Below, in pieces: positions 37,442-45,732 of a stretch of 55,428 bases of DNA. The position numbers were made by a program, and so were the translations under genes. The notes under the pieces are model-generated. The model made no database searches. It was not told the DNA's origin and worked only from the letters and a program-made list of their open reading frames with translations. Within the stretch, counting starts at the first letter, position 1; each line of letters starts with the position of its first letter. Source of the stretch: Eubacteriales bacterium (GTDB lineage: Bacteria > Bacillota > Clostridia > Oscillospirales > CAG-272); assembly GCA_045537015.1 (NCBI GenBank), contig JAZSOQ010000007.1:1-55428 (forward strand), in the 5' to 3' direction.

Positions 37442-38218
37442 ATGATTGCAGGTGCACAGCTTTACACTCTGAGAGATTTTTGCAAGACAACCGAGGATCT
37501 TGAAAACACCATTCGCCGTATGGCAGAGATCGGCTACAAGGCGGTCCAGCTTTCGGGCGTTTGCGACTTTGACGCCGCTTGGATGCGTGATCTTCTGAAG
37601 GATTGCGGCCTCGTTGCTCCCCTTACCCACACTGCGTATAAGCGCATCGTCGAGGAGACCGATAAGGTCATCGAGGAGCACATCACCTACGGCGCGGGCT
37701 ACGTCGGACTCGGTTCTATGCCCAACTTCAAAAAGGCAAACTGCGACCTCGAGGTTTATGACAACTATTGCAAGGAGATCACTCCCGCAGTTGAAAAGAT
37801 CGCGGCAGCAGGTCTGAAATTCATGTACCACAACCACAATATGGAGTTCATCAAGCTCCCGAGCGGCAAGGTGCTTCTTGAGGATATGGCTGACCGCTTC
37901 GATACTCCCGCTTATGGCTTTACCGTTGATACATACTGGGTTCAGGCAGGCGGCGGAGACCCCGCACAGTGGCTCGAAAAGCTCGCGGGACGCATTGATA
38001 CCATTCACTTCAAGGATATGGTCTACGATCCGACCGATAACGCGGTACGCATGGCACCCGTCGGATGGGGCAACATCAACCACGTGGCTGCTGCAAAAGC
38101 GGCAGAGGCGGGCGGAACAAAATACGTTTTCGTCGAGCAGGACCGCTGCTATGACGAGGATCCCTTCGTTTGCATGAAGAAGAGCTATGATTATCTGAAA
38201 GGAATCGGACTTGAATGA
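37442..38218 (+). CDS. Sugar phosphate isomerase/epimerase (TIM barrel)
   Basis: GAQLYTLRD, YHNH..EF, DTYW, HFKD, VEQD. Confidence 0.85.
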   Translation: MIAGAQLYTLRDFCKTTEDLENTIRRMAEIGYKAVQLSGVCDFDAAWMRDLLKDCGLVAPLTHTAYKRIVEETDKVIEEHITYGAGYVGLGSMPNFKKANCDLEVYDNYCKEITPAVEKIAAAGLKFMYHNHNMEFIKLPSGKVLLEDMADRFDTPAYGFTVDTYWVQAGGGDPAQWLEKLAGRIDTIHFKDMVYDPTDNAVRMAPVGWGNINHVAAAKAAEAGGTKYVFVEQDRCYDEDPFVCMKKSYDYLKGIGLE

Positions 38219-39399
38219 GAAAACTTAAATTAGGTATTATCGGAGTCGGCAACATCGGCTCGACGCATTTCAAGAATATTGTTGGCGGCAAGTGCCCCGA
38301 TATCGTTATCACAGCCGTAGCTGACCGCCGTGAGGTTCGCCGCGAGTGGGTGGTTGAAAACTTCCCCAAGGTAAAGGCTGAAACTTATGAGGCAGATATT
38401 CCCGTGATCTTCAATGAAGGTGACGAGCTGATCGCATCGGGACTTGTTGATGCGATACTCATTGCTGTTCCTCACTACTACCACCCCTATTTTGCTATCG
38501 AGGCGTTCAAGCACGGCATTCACGTTATGTGTGAAAAGCCCGCGGGCGTTTATACACTTCAGGTACGCGAGATGATCGCGGAGGCTGATAAGCATCCCGA
38601 GCTCGTTTTCGGCATGATGTTCAATCAGCGCACCAACCCCGTTTACCGCAAGATGCACGATATTATCGCATCGGGCGAGCTCGGTCAGATCAGAAGAACA
38701 ACCTGGCTGATCACCGAGTGGTACCGTTCGCAGTATTACTATGATTCGGGCGACTGGCGCGCGACCTGGAGCGGAGAGGGCGGAGGCGTTCTTCTCAACC
38801 AGTGCCCGCATCAGCTCGACCTCTGGCAGTGGATCTGCGGTCTGCCCGTGAAGATCCACGCAAAGATGAAGTACGGCAAGTGGCACGACATCGAGGTTGA
38901 GGACGACGTAAGCTGCTGGTGCGAATATGCGAACGGCGCAACGGGTACCTTCATCACCTCGACAGGCGACTGCCCCGGCACGAACCGCTTCGAGATCGTT
39001 TGCGACGGCGGTACTCTCGTCTGCGACAAGACCTCGCTCAAGCTTTACAGACTTGATCTGTGGGAGCCCGAGTATTCAAGAACAACGCAGAAGGTCTTCG
39101 GTAAGCCCACGGTCATCGAGGAGATCCCCGAGCTTGAGGGCGAGAACACACAGCACGTCGGCGTGCTCAATGCTTTTGCCGATGCAATCCTGAACGGCGG
39201 CAAGCTCGTTGCCGACGGACGCGAGGGCATAAACGGACTTATGCTTTCGAACGCTATGCACCTCTCGGATTGGCTTAACAAGGAAGTCGAGCTTCCCATC
39301 GACGAGGAGCTTTACCACAATCTTCTCAAAGAAAAGATCGCATCCTCCAAGTCAAAGACCGCCGAGTCGGTTGACGGCGACACGGAAGGAAGCTATTGA
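38215..39399 (+). CDS. Gfo/Idh/MocA NAD-dependent oxidoreductase
   Basis: GIIGVGNIG, CEKP, GGGVLLNQCPHQLD. Confidence 0.92.
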   Translation: MRKLKLGIIGVGNIGSTHFKNIVGGKCPDIVITAVADRREVRREWVVENFPKVKAETYEADIPVIFNEGDELIASGLVDAILIAVPHYYHPYFAIEAFKHGIHVMCEKPAGVYTLQVREMIAEADKHPELVFGMMFNQRTNPVYRKMHDIIASGELGQIRRTTWLITEWYRSQYYYDSGDWRATWSGEGGGVLLNQCPHQLDLWQWICGLPVKIHAKMKYGKWHDIEVEDDVSCWCEYANGATGTFITSTGDCPGTNRFEIVCDGGTLVCDKTSLKLYRLDLWEPEYSRTTQKVFGKPTVIEEIPELEGENTQHVGVLNAFADAILNGGKLVADGREGINGLMLSNAMHLSDWLNKEVELPIDEELYHNLLKEKIASSKSKTAESVDGDTEGSY

Positions 39400-39409
39400 T
39401 CGCTCCCTT

Positions 39410-39548
39410 TGGTCGCAGTGATATTCGCGCGATGCGCGAGTGATATTTCACCTTCGGTGAAGTGATATATCCGCTTTGCGTATGTGATATATTTCGCTGA
39501 AGGCGAAATGTTAAGGTGAATTTCCGCCCCGACCGGGCGGAAATTTTC
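39410..39548 (+). repeat. Hairpin-array element copy B (GTGATAT linkers)
   Basis: Four GTGATAT linkers each followed by a short palindrome, then GTTAAGGT and a closing hairpin. Confidence 0.8.
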
Positions 39549-39597
39549 TTTTTTATTTTGATATTACTTTTCTTCCGGTTTATTCGGGTGAAAAATA

Positions 39598-39626
39598 TTG
39601 ACATTGCTATTTTTTTATGGTAAAAT
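39598..39626 (+). promoter_or_regulatory. Sigma-A promoter upstream of ECF sigma gene
   Basis: TTGACA-17-TAAAAT with TGn. Confidence 0.65.
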
Positions 39627-39739
39627 CAAGTTATATTGCACAAAAGCGGTGGTCTCTTTTTGTGCAATCATACAAAAACGAAAAAAGCCTGCGATGAAAC
39701 GGAAGATTTTTGGTACTTAATAGGTGAAAGGCAATTTTA

Positions 39740-39874
39740 ATTAAATGAAATTTGCCTTGGCGAATTTCTACCTTAACATTCCGCTTCAGCGGAATATTTC
39801 ACTCGCGCGAAGCGCGAATTTCACTTTTGCGAAGCAAAAATTTCACATTTCGCCATCGGCGAAATATTTCGTTG
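39740..39874 (-). repeat. Hairpin-array element copy C (GTGAAAT linkers)
   Basis: Reverse complement aligns unit for unit with 22536-22670. Confidence 0.85.
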
Positions 39875-39893
39875 GCGAAGCCCGAAGGGAGGT

Positions 39894-40460
39894 TTGAAAC
39901 TCTTGAAAGACGAAAGAATAGTAGAATTGATCTATAACAATGACGAAAAGGGTCTGCACGAGGCGGAGGCGAAGTATCGAGGTCTTTGCCGATCGGTGGC
40001 GGACAGCATCCTTGATTCCGATGAGGACAGGGAAGAATGCGTCAACGATGCATTCCTTGCCGTGTGGAGGAACATTCCACCCGAAAAGCCGAAGAACTTC
40101 CGCGCCTACATAGCAAGGCTTGTGAAGAATATCGCGCTGAAACGCTCGCGCGATAATATGGCTTGGAAGCGGCGCGCGAATTACAACGCGGCGGGAGACG
40201 AATTACTCGAGATCATCGAGGACGGAAGAACGATAGCCGAGGAATACGAATCGAAGCGGATAGGCGAGATCATCAACGCCTTTCTCGCGGGACTGCCAAA
40301 GCGCGACCGCGACATTTTCGTGCTCCGCTTCTGGTACGGCGACACGGTGCCGTCCATCAGCAAAAGCATGGGAGTTTCGGAAAGCCTGATAAGATCGCTG
40401 ATCCCGAGGCTCAAGAAAAAGCTCGCCGAAGAACTTGCAAAGGAGGGAATAATGGTATGA
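39894..40460 (+). CDS. ECF RNA polymerase sigma factor
   Basis: DREECVNDAFLAVW (region 2), LPKRDRDIFVLRFWYG..I (region 4); TTG start with GGGAGG. Confidence 0.9.
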   Translation: MKLLKDERIVELIYNNDEKGLHEAEAKYRGLCRSVADSILDSDEDREECVNDAFLAVWRNIPPEKPKNFRAYIARLVKNIALKRSRDNMAWKRRANYNAAGDELLEIIEDGRTIAEEYESKRIGEIINAFLAGLPKRDRDIFVLRFWYGDTVPSISKSMGVSESLIRSLIPRLKKKLAEELAKEGIMV

Positions 40461-41431
40461 ACCGAGCGATCATAATGAAAGACAGACGCCTTATCGAAGC
40501 GCTTGACTATATTGACGATGAATATATCGCAAGCGCCGCGCTCTACAAAATGCGGGCATACGCAGAGAACTCCCGCCCCCTCGCGCAGACGGCGGGGCAG
40601 TCGATCAAAAAGCATTGGAAGCACTACCTCGGCTTTGTAGCCTGCCTTCTGGTGTTGGCACTTGCAACACCGCTGTTTGGCTATTTGCCCGAAATAATCA
40701 ACTCCTTCGCCGCAGGTTGGGGGGAAGTGACGGAAGAGTCTACTAACCGTTTGAATGAAACTACGGCAAGCCCGGAAACTGTTTTGCCGGAAACAAATAA
40801 TGACATTATTGAAACAGAAAAAAGCACTGATAAAACGACCGAAGTAAAAGAGGTTCTGGATGTCTATCCCGTTTATTGGCATTTTATTCCGGAGCTTGAA
40901 ACAATCTCTACTGAAGAAATGATTGCCGTGCAGAAAGCTTGGGAAACCTTTGACTGTGAATATTGGTCCGATTATTATTACAGATCATATACTAGTAACT
41001 ACGGCAATAAAGAAGGCTACACCGAAGAGAAAATATTGGAAATGGTTAATGAAAGTGTAGAAAGTTATTACCAAAAAACATTTGTAAGAGAACAAATGAA
41101 TTATTTTCATTCTCGGCGCTTTAGAAGCAAGGGTTATCTTGGAAAATTCGGTGAATGTATAGTATTATATGATATTACTAAAAGCGGCGATGTCTTGCAT
41201 AGGCAACCTCAAATAATTGGACCGTTTGACATTAATTATGATGTTTATTATGTGTATAAAGACGGAAAGATTTATACTCTGCAAGAAGCTTATACTTTGG
41301 GATATATTACAGATGAACATATGCCGAAGATAATGGAGAGAAAAGAGATTTATAAGCCCTTGGCGTTAAATTATGCCCCGAGTGATTATGAGTCGATCAA
41401 GGATATGAATAAATCAAATGTAACAGAATAA
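40457..41431 (+). CDS. Putative anti-sigma factor (single TM)
   Basis: ATGA overlap with sigma gene; EALDYIDDEYI N-terminus, TM (FVACLLVLAL), extracytoplasmic C-terminus. Confidence 0.75.
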   Translation: MNRAIIMKDRRLIEALDYIDDEYIASAALYKMRAYAENSRPLAQTAGQSIKKHWKHYLGFVACLLVLALATPLFGYLPEIINSFAAGWGEVTEESTNRLNETTASPETVLPETNNDIIETEKSTDKTTEVKEVLDVYPVYWHFIPELETISTEEMIAVQKAWETFDCEYWSDYYYRSYTSNYGNKEGYTEEKILEMVNESVESYYQKTFVREQMNYFHSRRFRSKGYLGKFGECIVLYDITKSGDVLHRQPQIIGPFDINYDVYYVYKDGKIYTLQEAYTLGYITDEHMPKIMERKEIYKPLALNYAPSDYESIKDMNKSNVTE

Positions 41432-41471
41432 GAAAGATGAATTTGTAACCGAATAACCTCTTTCAAAACCC

Positions 41472-41500
41472 TGCCCCTCGGCATTCGCCGAGGGGCATTT
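41472..41500 (+). terminator. Terminator hairpin
   Basis: tgcccctcggc-attc-gccgaggggca-ttt. Confidence 0.7.
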
Positions 41501-41585
41501 CATTATTCTATTAATAATATAAATCTTGACAACTATGCTATAATATGATACAATAAAAATGTAATAACGAAAGGAGACATACAAA

Positions 41586-42578
41586 ATGAGACGATCCAAA
41601 CTGTTTGTTTTTGCAATCATCATACTTTTCGCGTGCCTTCTTGTTGCTTGCGGAGTACGGGATGCTCAAAATGAAGAAGCCATCGAGCTTTGTCTTGCAA
41701 ACGCAGATTACAGCATATTTACACCGGAGTTTATTGACGAGATCAATGTGGCATGGAAAGAGTATCGCGGTGATGATGACGTAATGTTTGAGAATCTTGA
41801 AGCCCTCAAATATCAGAGTCACTCACGGTATCTCGGTACTTACAACGAGTATTTGATTTTTACTTACGATCTGACCAAAAACATTCACGGATACGAAAGT
41901 TTTTGCTATGTAGCTGATCTCGGTTTGCGAACCGTTGAAGCGTTTGCTTACAAGGACGCGAAGTTCGTTACTTTGGGTGAACTCTACGAAAGCGGAAATA
42001 TATCCTATCTTGATCTGTGCAAAATTTTTGACAAATCATACGAGATGCTCGATTATTACCAAATAACCCGCGATACAGATGAAAGGATCACACTTACAGT
42101 ACCGCAAATGCAGGAGTTGAAGTTGAGTGAAAGAGCCGAGAAAAAGATACTTGAAGCTCTTAAATCGTATCTGCCGGGTATTCACAACACCGATTTTACC
42201 AACTATGAAGCATATATCACCGATTATTACGGATGTTACAACGGTGCATACGTTTTCAAATACAAATCCCCTGAGGTTACGTACAAATTTGATTATGATG
42301 ATTATTATTATGAAACCGTAGAAGACATCAATTTCCTTTACCGATACAGCCCGATAAACCGTCCGTATTCTTTTGATAAAGTCGGCTCCGGCACGCGCAT
42401 ATTCGTTTATTATAAAGGTGAAATTCTCTCACTTTCCTATGCTTATACAAAAGGTGTTCTGTCTTATGACGACATCAAAACGATCAAGAATTATCACACG
42501 ATGTATTTTCCTTATATGATCGATGAATTCCTCGAGGAAGAAGAATACAAAAGGTTGACAATAACGAAATTGAACTGA
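41586..42578 (+). CDS. Lipoprotein with two copies of an uncharacterised repeat domain
   Basis: LVAC lipobox; YLGTYN..YKDAKFVTLGELYESGNIS / YYGCYN..YKGEILSLSYAYTKGVLS. Confidence 0.75.
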   Translation: MRRSKLFVFAIIILFACLLVACGVRDAQNEEAIELCLANADYSIFTPEFIDEINVAWKEYRGDDDVMFENLEALKYQSHSRYLGTYNEYLIFTYDLTKNIHGYESFCYVADLGLRTVEAFAYKDAKFVTLGELYESGNISYLDLCKIFDKSYEMLDYYQITRDTDERITLTVPQMQELKLSERAEKKILEALKSYLPGIHNTDFTNYEAYITDYYGCYNGAYVFKYKSPEVTYKFDYDDYYYETVEDINFLYRYSPINRPYSFDKVGSGTRIFVYYKGEILSLSYAYTKGVLSYDDIKTIKNYHTMYFPYMIDEFLEEEEYKRLTITKLN

Positions 42579-42585
42579 ACTACCC

Positions 42586-42615
42586 CTGCCCCTCGGCGCG
42601 TGCGCCGAGGGGCAG
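42586..42615 (+). terminator. Hairpin with the same stem as 41472-41500
   Basis: ctgcccctcggcgc-gt-gcgccgaggggcag. Confidence 0.65.
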
Positions 42616-42638
42616 ATTGCTATATTCAGGTTTGAAAA

Positions 42639-42742
42639 CATTATTCATTATTCATCAGCGAAGCGGCTTCATTATTCATTATTCATCAATAATCAAAATT
42701 GGTCAAATGAATAATGAATGATGAATAATGAATAATGAATAA
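42639..42742. repeat. Inverted heptamer tandem repeats (TTCATTA)n ... (AATGAAT)n
   Basis: cattattcattattcatc twice, then aatgaataatgaatgatgaataatgaataatgaataa. Confidence 0.85.
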
Positions 42743-42788
42743 TTATGGGACAGAGACGCCGAACATGCGGTGTTTCTGTCCCATAATT

Positions 42789-44756
42789 TTAATTAAAGTA
42801 ATCCTTAATATTAACGATCTCCGTGCCGGAGTAATAGGCGCGGACGATCTGTTCGTAGGTCGCGCCGGCTTTGGCGAGGTGGAGGACGCCGTATTGGCTC
42901 GCTCCGACGCCGTGGCCGTAGCCCATTCCCGCGATGACGTAGTTGTTCTTGTTCGACGCCTTGATCGTTTCGGTGATGTCGCGCACCTCGGAAACTACAA
43001 GGAAGTCGCCGAAGTTTGACACGATCGTGTAATATCCCTCCGCGTCGGGCATAGTGGAAACGGGGATCTCGCCTGCCTCGACGGGTGTAAGCGTTGCAAC
43101 GCCCTCGCCCGTTTTGACGAAGAGAGCCTTCGAGGCGTCGCTGAGCGCTTGTCCGAGGTCGGTCATGAAGGAGAGAAGAGAGATGTCGGTTTCCTTGACT
43201 CCTTCGCCCGTATAAACGTTGATCTTGCCGCTCATTGAGCCCGCAAGGTTGATGATTCGGTTTGCGAGAACGTCGGTGTAGGTGTATGTAAGCTCGCCCT
43301 TGGCTATCGTGAAGTTAGCCGATTTGACGGCAGAGCCGAAGAGGGATTTGACCTTCGCCGCGCGGGTTGCCGTGGCGCTGTTGCCCTTTTCGTCGATGCC
43401 CGTGAAGGTGTAAAGATATGGCGAATCGTCGCTCGTCTGATAGGTGAAATCAACGATCCTGCTGCCCTTTATCGCGGAATATCCTGCGTTTTTGAAAGCG
43501 GTGGCAAGTTCCTTTTCGGTCATTTCCGCCGTCCAGAGTCCGTTTTTGACGTCGCCGTAGTCCTCCCAGGGGGTGGGCTGATTGACGAGGTAGGGGAGTG
43601 AGCCGCCCCAGACGTACTGCGAGCCGACCGTGTATCCGCCCTGCGAGGATGAATACGCCGATTCGACGATCGTATCGCCGCAAACGAGTATCTCGCCGCG
43701 TGTCGATCTGACGGCTTCTATGACGGTGTCGTTGACCTGCTTTCTGCCTTGATATACCTGACAGCAGGAGGAGGAGCAGACGTCGAATCCGTAGGCGCTG
43801 TAATGGCGGTTGATGTTTGCAATGGCGAAGGAGCGGACCATCAGGGCAAATGCGCGGAGGCATTCGATGGGCCAGGTGTTCGAGATCTCGTTGGGGATAA
43901 CGCCCTCAACGTATTCCTGCATTCGGACAAGGTTTATCATCGAAAGACCTTCCCCTTCGGAATCCGAGAGGTATCTTTTGAAGCAGAAAACGCCGTCATA
44001 TAGAGATGAGTTTCTTGAATAATAAAGGTAAGAATATTCCGCGCCCGCTATCTGCCGCGCGCATACGCCGCCGCAAAAGCCTTCCTCGCCCGAATATTCA
44101 AAGAGGATGGTATCAAAATCCGAATTGAGGTAGCAAACGCCCTCGGACGAGGGGGATGCGACCGAAATGGTGAAATCGTCAAGGGTCGCGCCGACTGCCG
44201 CAGCGGCTGCGGAAGCCGAGGAATAGTTCGGATAGGAGCCTATGCGGATCGTCTTCTGCCCGTTGATGTAAGCGGGAAAAACGTGATCGTACTGCGCGCC
44301 GAAGATGACCCGAAGGTCTTCAAGGTTGTTCCAAACGTTTTTCGACGCATTCGAGATCTCAACGTGATAGCCGCCGATGTCGGTGTTCTTTTCGCTTGTT
44401 GCGATCTCGCAGGACTGATAGCCGATGGTCAGGTTGGTGTCGACCACCGCGGCAATATCCGATTCTTCAATTGTATAAAGTGGGGTGAAATTATGCTCGG
44501 TGCGCGAGATCTCCGCCTCGCCGAAAACAAAGCCGTAGGGCGATGTCATCGCGTGCAGGGGGTATGCACTTGAACCGTATCGTACTCCGACCGCAACGCG
44601 GAATTCATCCTCCGTTTTTATCGTATCGAAAGCGTATGAGCTCATTGGCAGAGCTTTGACTTCGGTGAAAAAGGAGGTCGGTGAGAAGATGAAGAGTGCC
44701 GCCAGAAGGGCGGAGAGGGCACGAATGAGCTTCACCGCGGGTTTACGGTTCGACAA
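42789..44756 (-). CDS. SpoIID/LytB-domain peptidoglycan lytic enzyme
   Basis: EYVEGVIPNE, ALMVRSFA, CQVYQG, GYGHGVGASQYG; probable TTG start 44756 after GGGAGGTG. Confidence 0.88.
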   Translation of the reverse strand: MSNRKPAVKLIRALSALLAALFIFSPTSFFTEVKALPMSSYAFDTIKTEDEFRVAVGVRYGSSAYPLHAMTSPYGFVFGEAEISRTEHNFTPLYTIEESDIAAVVDTNLTIGYQSCEIATSEKNTDIGGYHVEISNASKNVWNNLEDLRVIFGAQYDHVFPAYINGQKTIRIGSYPNYSSASAAAAAVGATLDDFTISVASPSSEGVCYLNSDFDTILFEYSGEEGFCGGVCARQIAGAEYSYLYYSRNSSLYDGVFCFKRYLSDSEGEGLSMINLVRMQEYVEGVIPNEISNTWPIECLRAFALMVRSFAIANINRHYSAYGFDVCSSSCCQVYQGRKQVNDTVIEAVRSTRGEILVCGDTIVESAYSSSQGGYTVGSQYVWGGSLPYLVNQPTPWEDYGDVKNGLWTAEMTEKELATAFKNAGYSAIKGSRIVDFTYQTSDDSPYLYTFTGIDEKGNSATATRAAKVKSLFGSAVKSANFTIAKGELTYTYTDVLANRIINLAGSMSGKINVYTGEGVKETDISLLSFMTDLGQALSDASKALFVKTGEGVATLTPVEAGEIPVSTMPDAEGYYTIVSNFGDFLVVSEVRDITETIKASNKNNYVIAGMGYGHGVGASQYGVLHLAKAGATYEQIVRAYYSGTEIVNIKDYFN

Positions 44757-45711
44757 TCGTGTAGTCACCTCCCAACAGGATGTATGCACCGTCAAGCGAC
44801 GTTACCTTCACGCCCCTGCCGTCGTCCCCGCCGCGCGGGATCATAATGCTGTGGTAAAGGGGAATTGCCTCGCCATTGCAGATATCGGTGCCGTTTGTTG
44901 TGTCATTGAGCCCCTGAATGGAGCCGACCTGAGTATATGGCGATACCGCAACCGCAGAGCCCGTGCGGAGAATGAGAATTACCACGTCGTCTGCATCCTT
45001 GCCGTAAATGGTTGCGCCGTAGGGCACGAAAACGGTGTCATAGACCTTGCCAAGCTCGGCAAAGATATTGTCAAGCTCTGTTTGAAGCTCCGCAACCTGG
45101 TTTTTCAGCACTGTGATGTCACCCGTGTTTGAAGTCAGATTGTTGACCTTATATGTTACTGTTTCAAGCTTTGTCGAAATATCCGAGATCTGCTTGAAGT
45201 TCTTGTTCAGGGTCGAAAGATCGTTCTTTGCCGTTTTTACGTCGCTTTTGAGATTCGTGATCGAGGTTGAAAGCTCGGAGAGCGAGTCTTCAAGCGTATT
45301 CAGCTCCGCCGTCAGCTCGTCTATCAGCGAACGAAGCTCATTTTTGGTGTTTACAAGCTCTGTTCGGAGAGAGGAATTGTCTTTTTCAAGGTCATCAACC
45401 TTCTTTTCGAGCGATTCGATGCGGTCAAGCAGATCCTTGAGCATTCCGCTGCTTACCGTTCCGCCCGTGGACGTGCCCGGAGTGTAACCGCCTGCCTCAA
45501 GAAGGGTCATACGCAGATCAAGCTCCTTGATGGAGGATCTGATGCCTTCAAGAATGTCGTTGACGTATGCCACCATTCCCGAAAAGGAAACGACGGGGTC
45601 ATTTGCGCTGTTGTAGTTGACGGCGGCATATACTGCGAAGGAGGATACCGACGCCAGAATCAGCGCGAGTATGAGGATCGCTCCTCTTTTGATATTGTTT
45701 TTGAATTTCAT
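44743..45711 (-). CDS. Secreted coiled-coil hypothetical protein
   Basis: Signal peptide, heptad region, C-terminal beta domain (LILRTGSA..DTTNG..IPR.DGRG). Confidence 0.75.
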   Translation of the reverse strand: MKFKNNIKRGAILILALILASVSSFAVYAAVNYNSANDPVVSFSGMVAYVNDILEGIRSSIKELDLRMTLLEAGGYTPGTSTGGTVSSGMLKDLLDRIESLEKKVDDLEKDNSSLRTELVNTKNELRSLIDELTAELNTLEDSLSELSTSITNLKSDVKTAKNDLSTLNKNFKQISDISTKLETVTYKVNNLTSNTGDITVLKNQVAELQTELDNIFAELGKVYDTVFVPYGATIYGKDADDVVILILRTGSAVAVSPYTQVGSIQGLNDTTNGTDICNGEAIPLYHSIMIPRGGDDGRGVKVTSLDGAYILLGGDYTIVEP

Positions 45712-45732
45712 ATTAAAACCTCAAAAGGGGTA

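Noticed and set aside
22536-39874. Hairpin arrays (22536-22670, 39410-39548, 39740-39874) as CRISPR arrays
   Set aside because: Constant part is only 7 nt, variable parts are short self-complementary stems shared between copies, and there are no cas genes
40163-40456. Extended start of the anti-sigma ORF
   Set aside because: Overlaps the sigma gene; ATGA coupling and RBS support 40457
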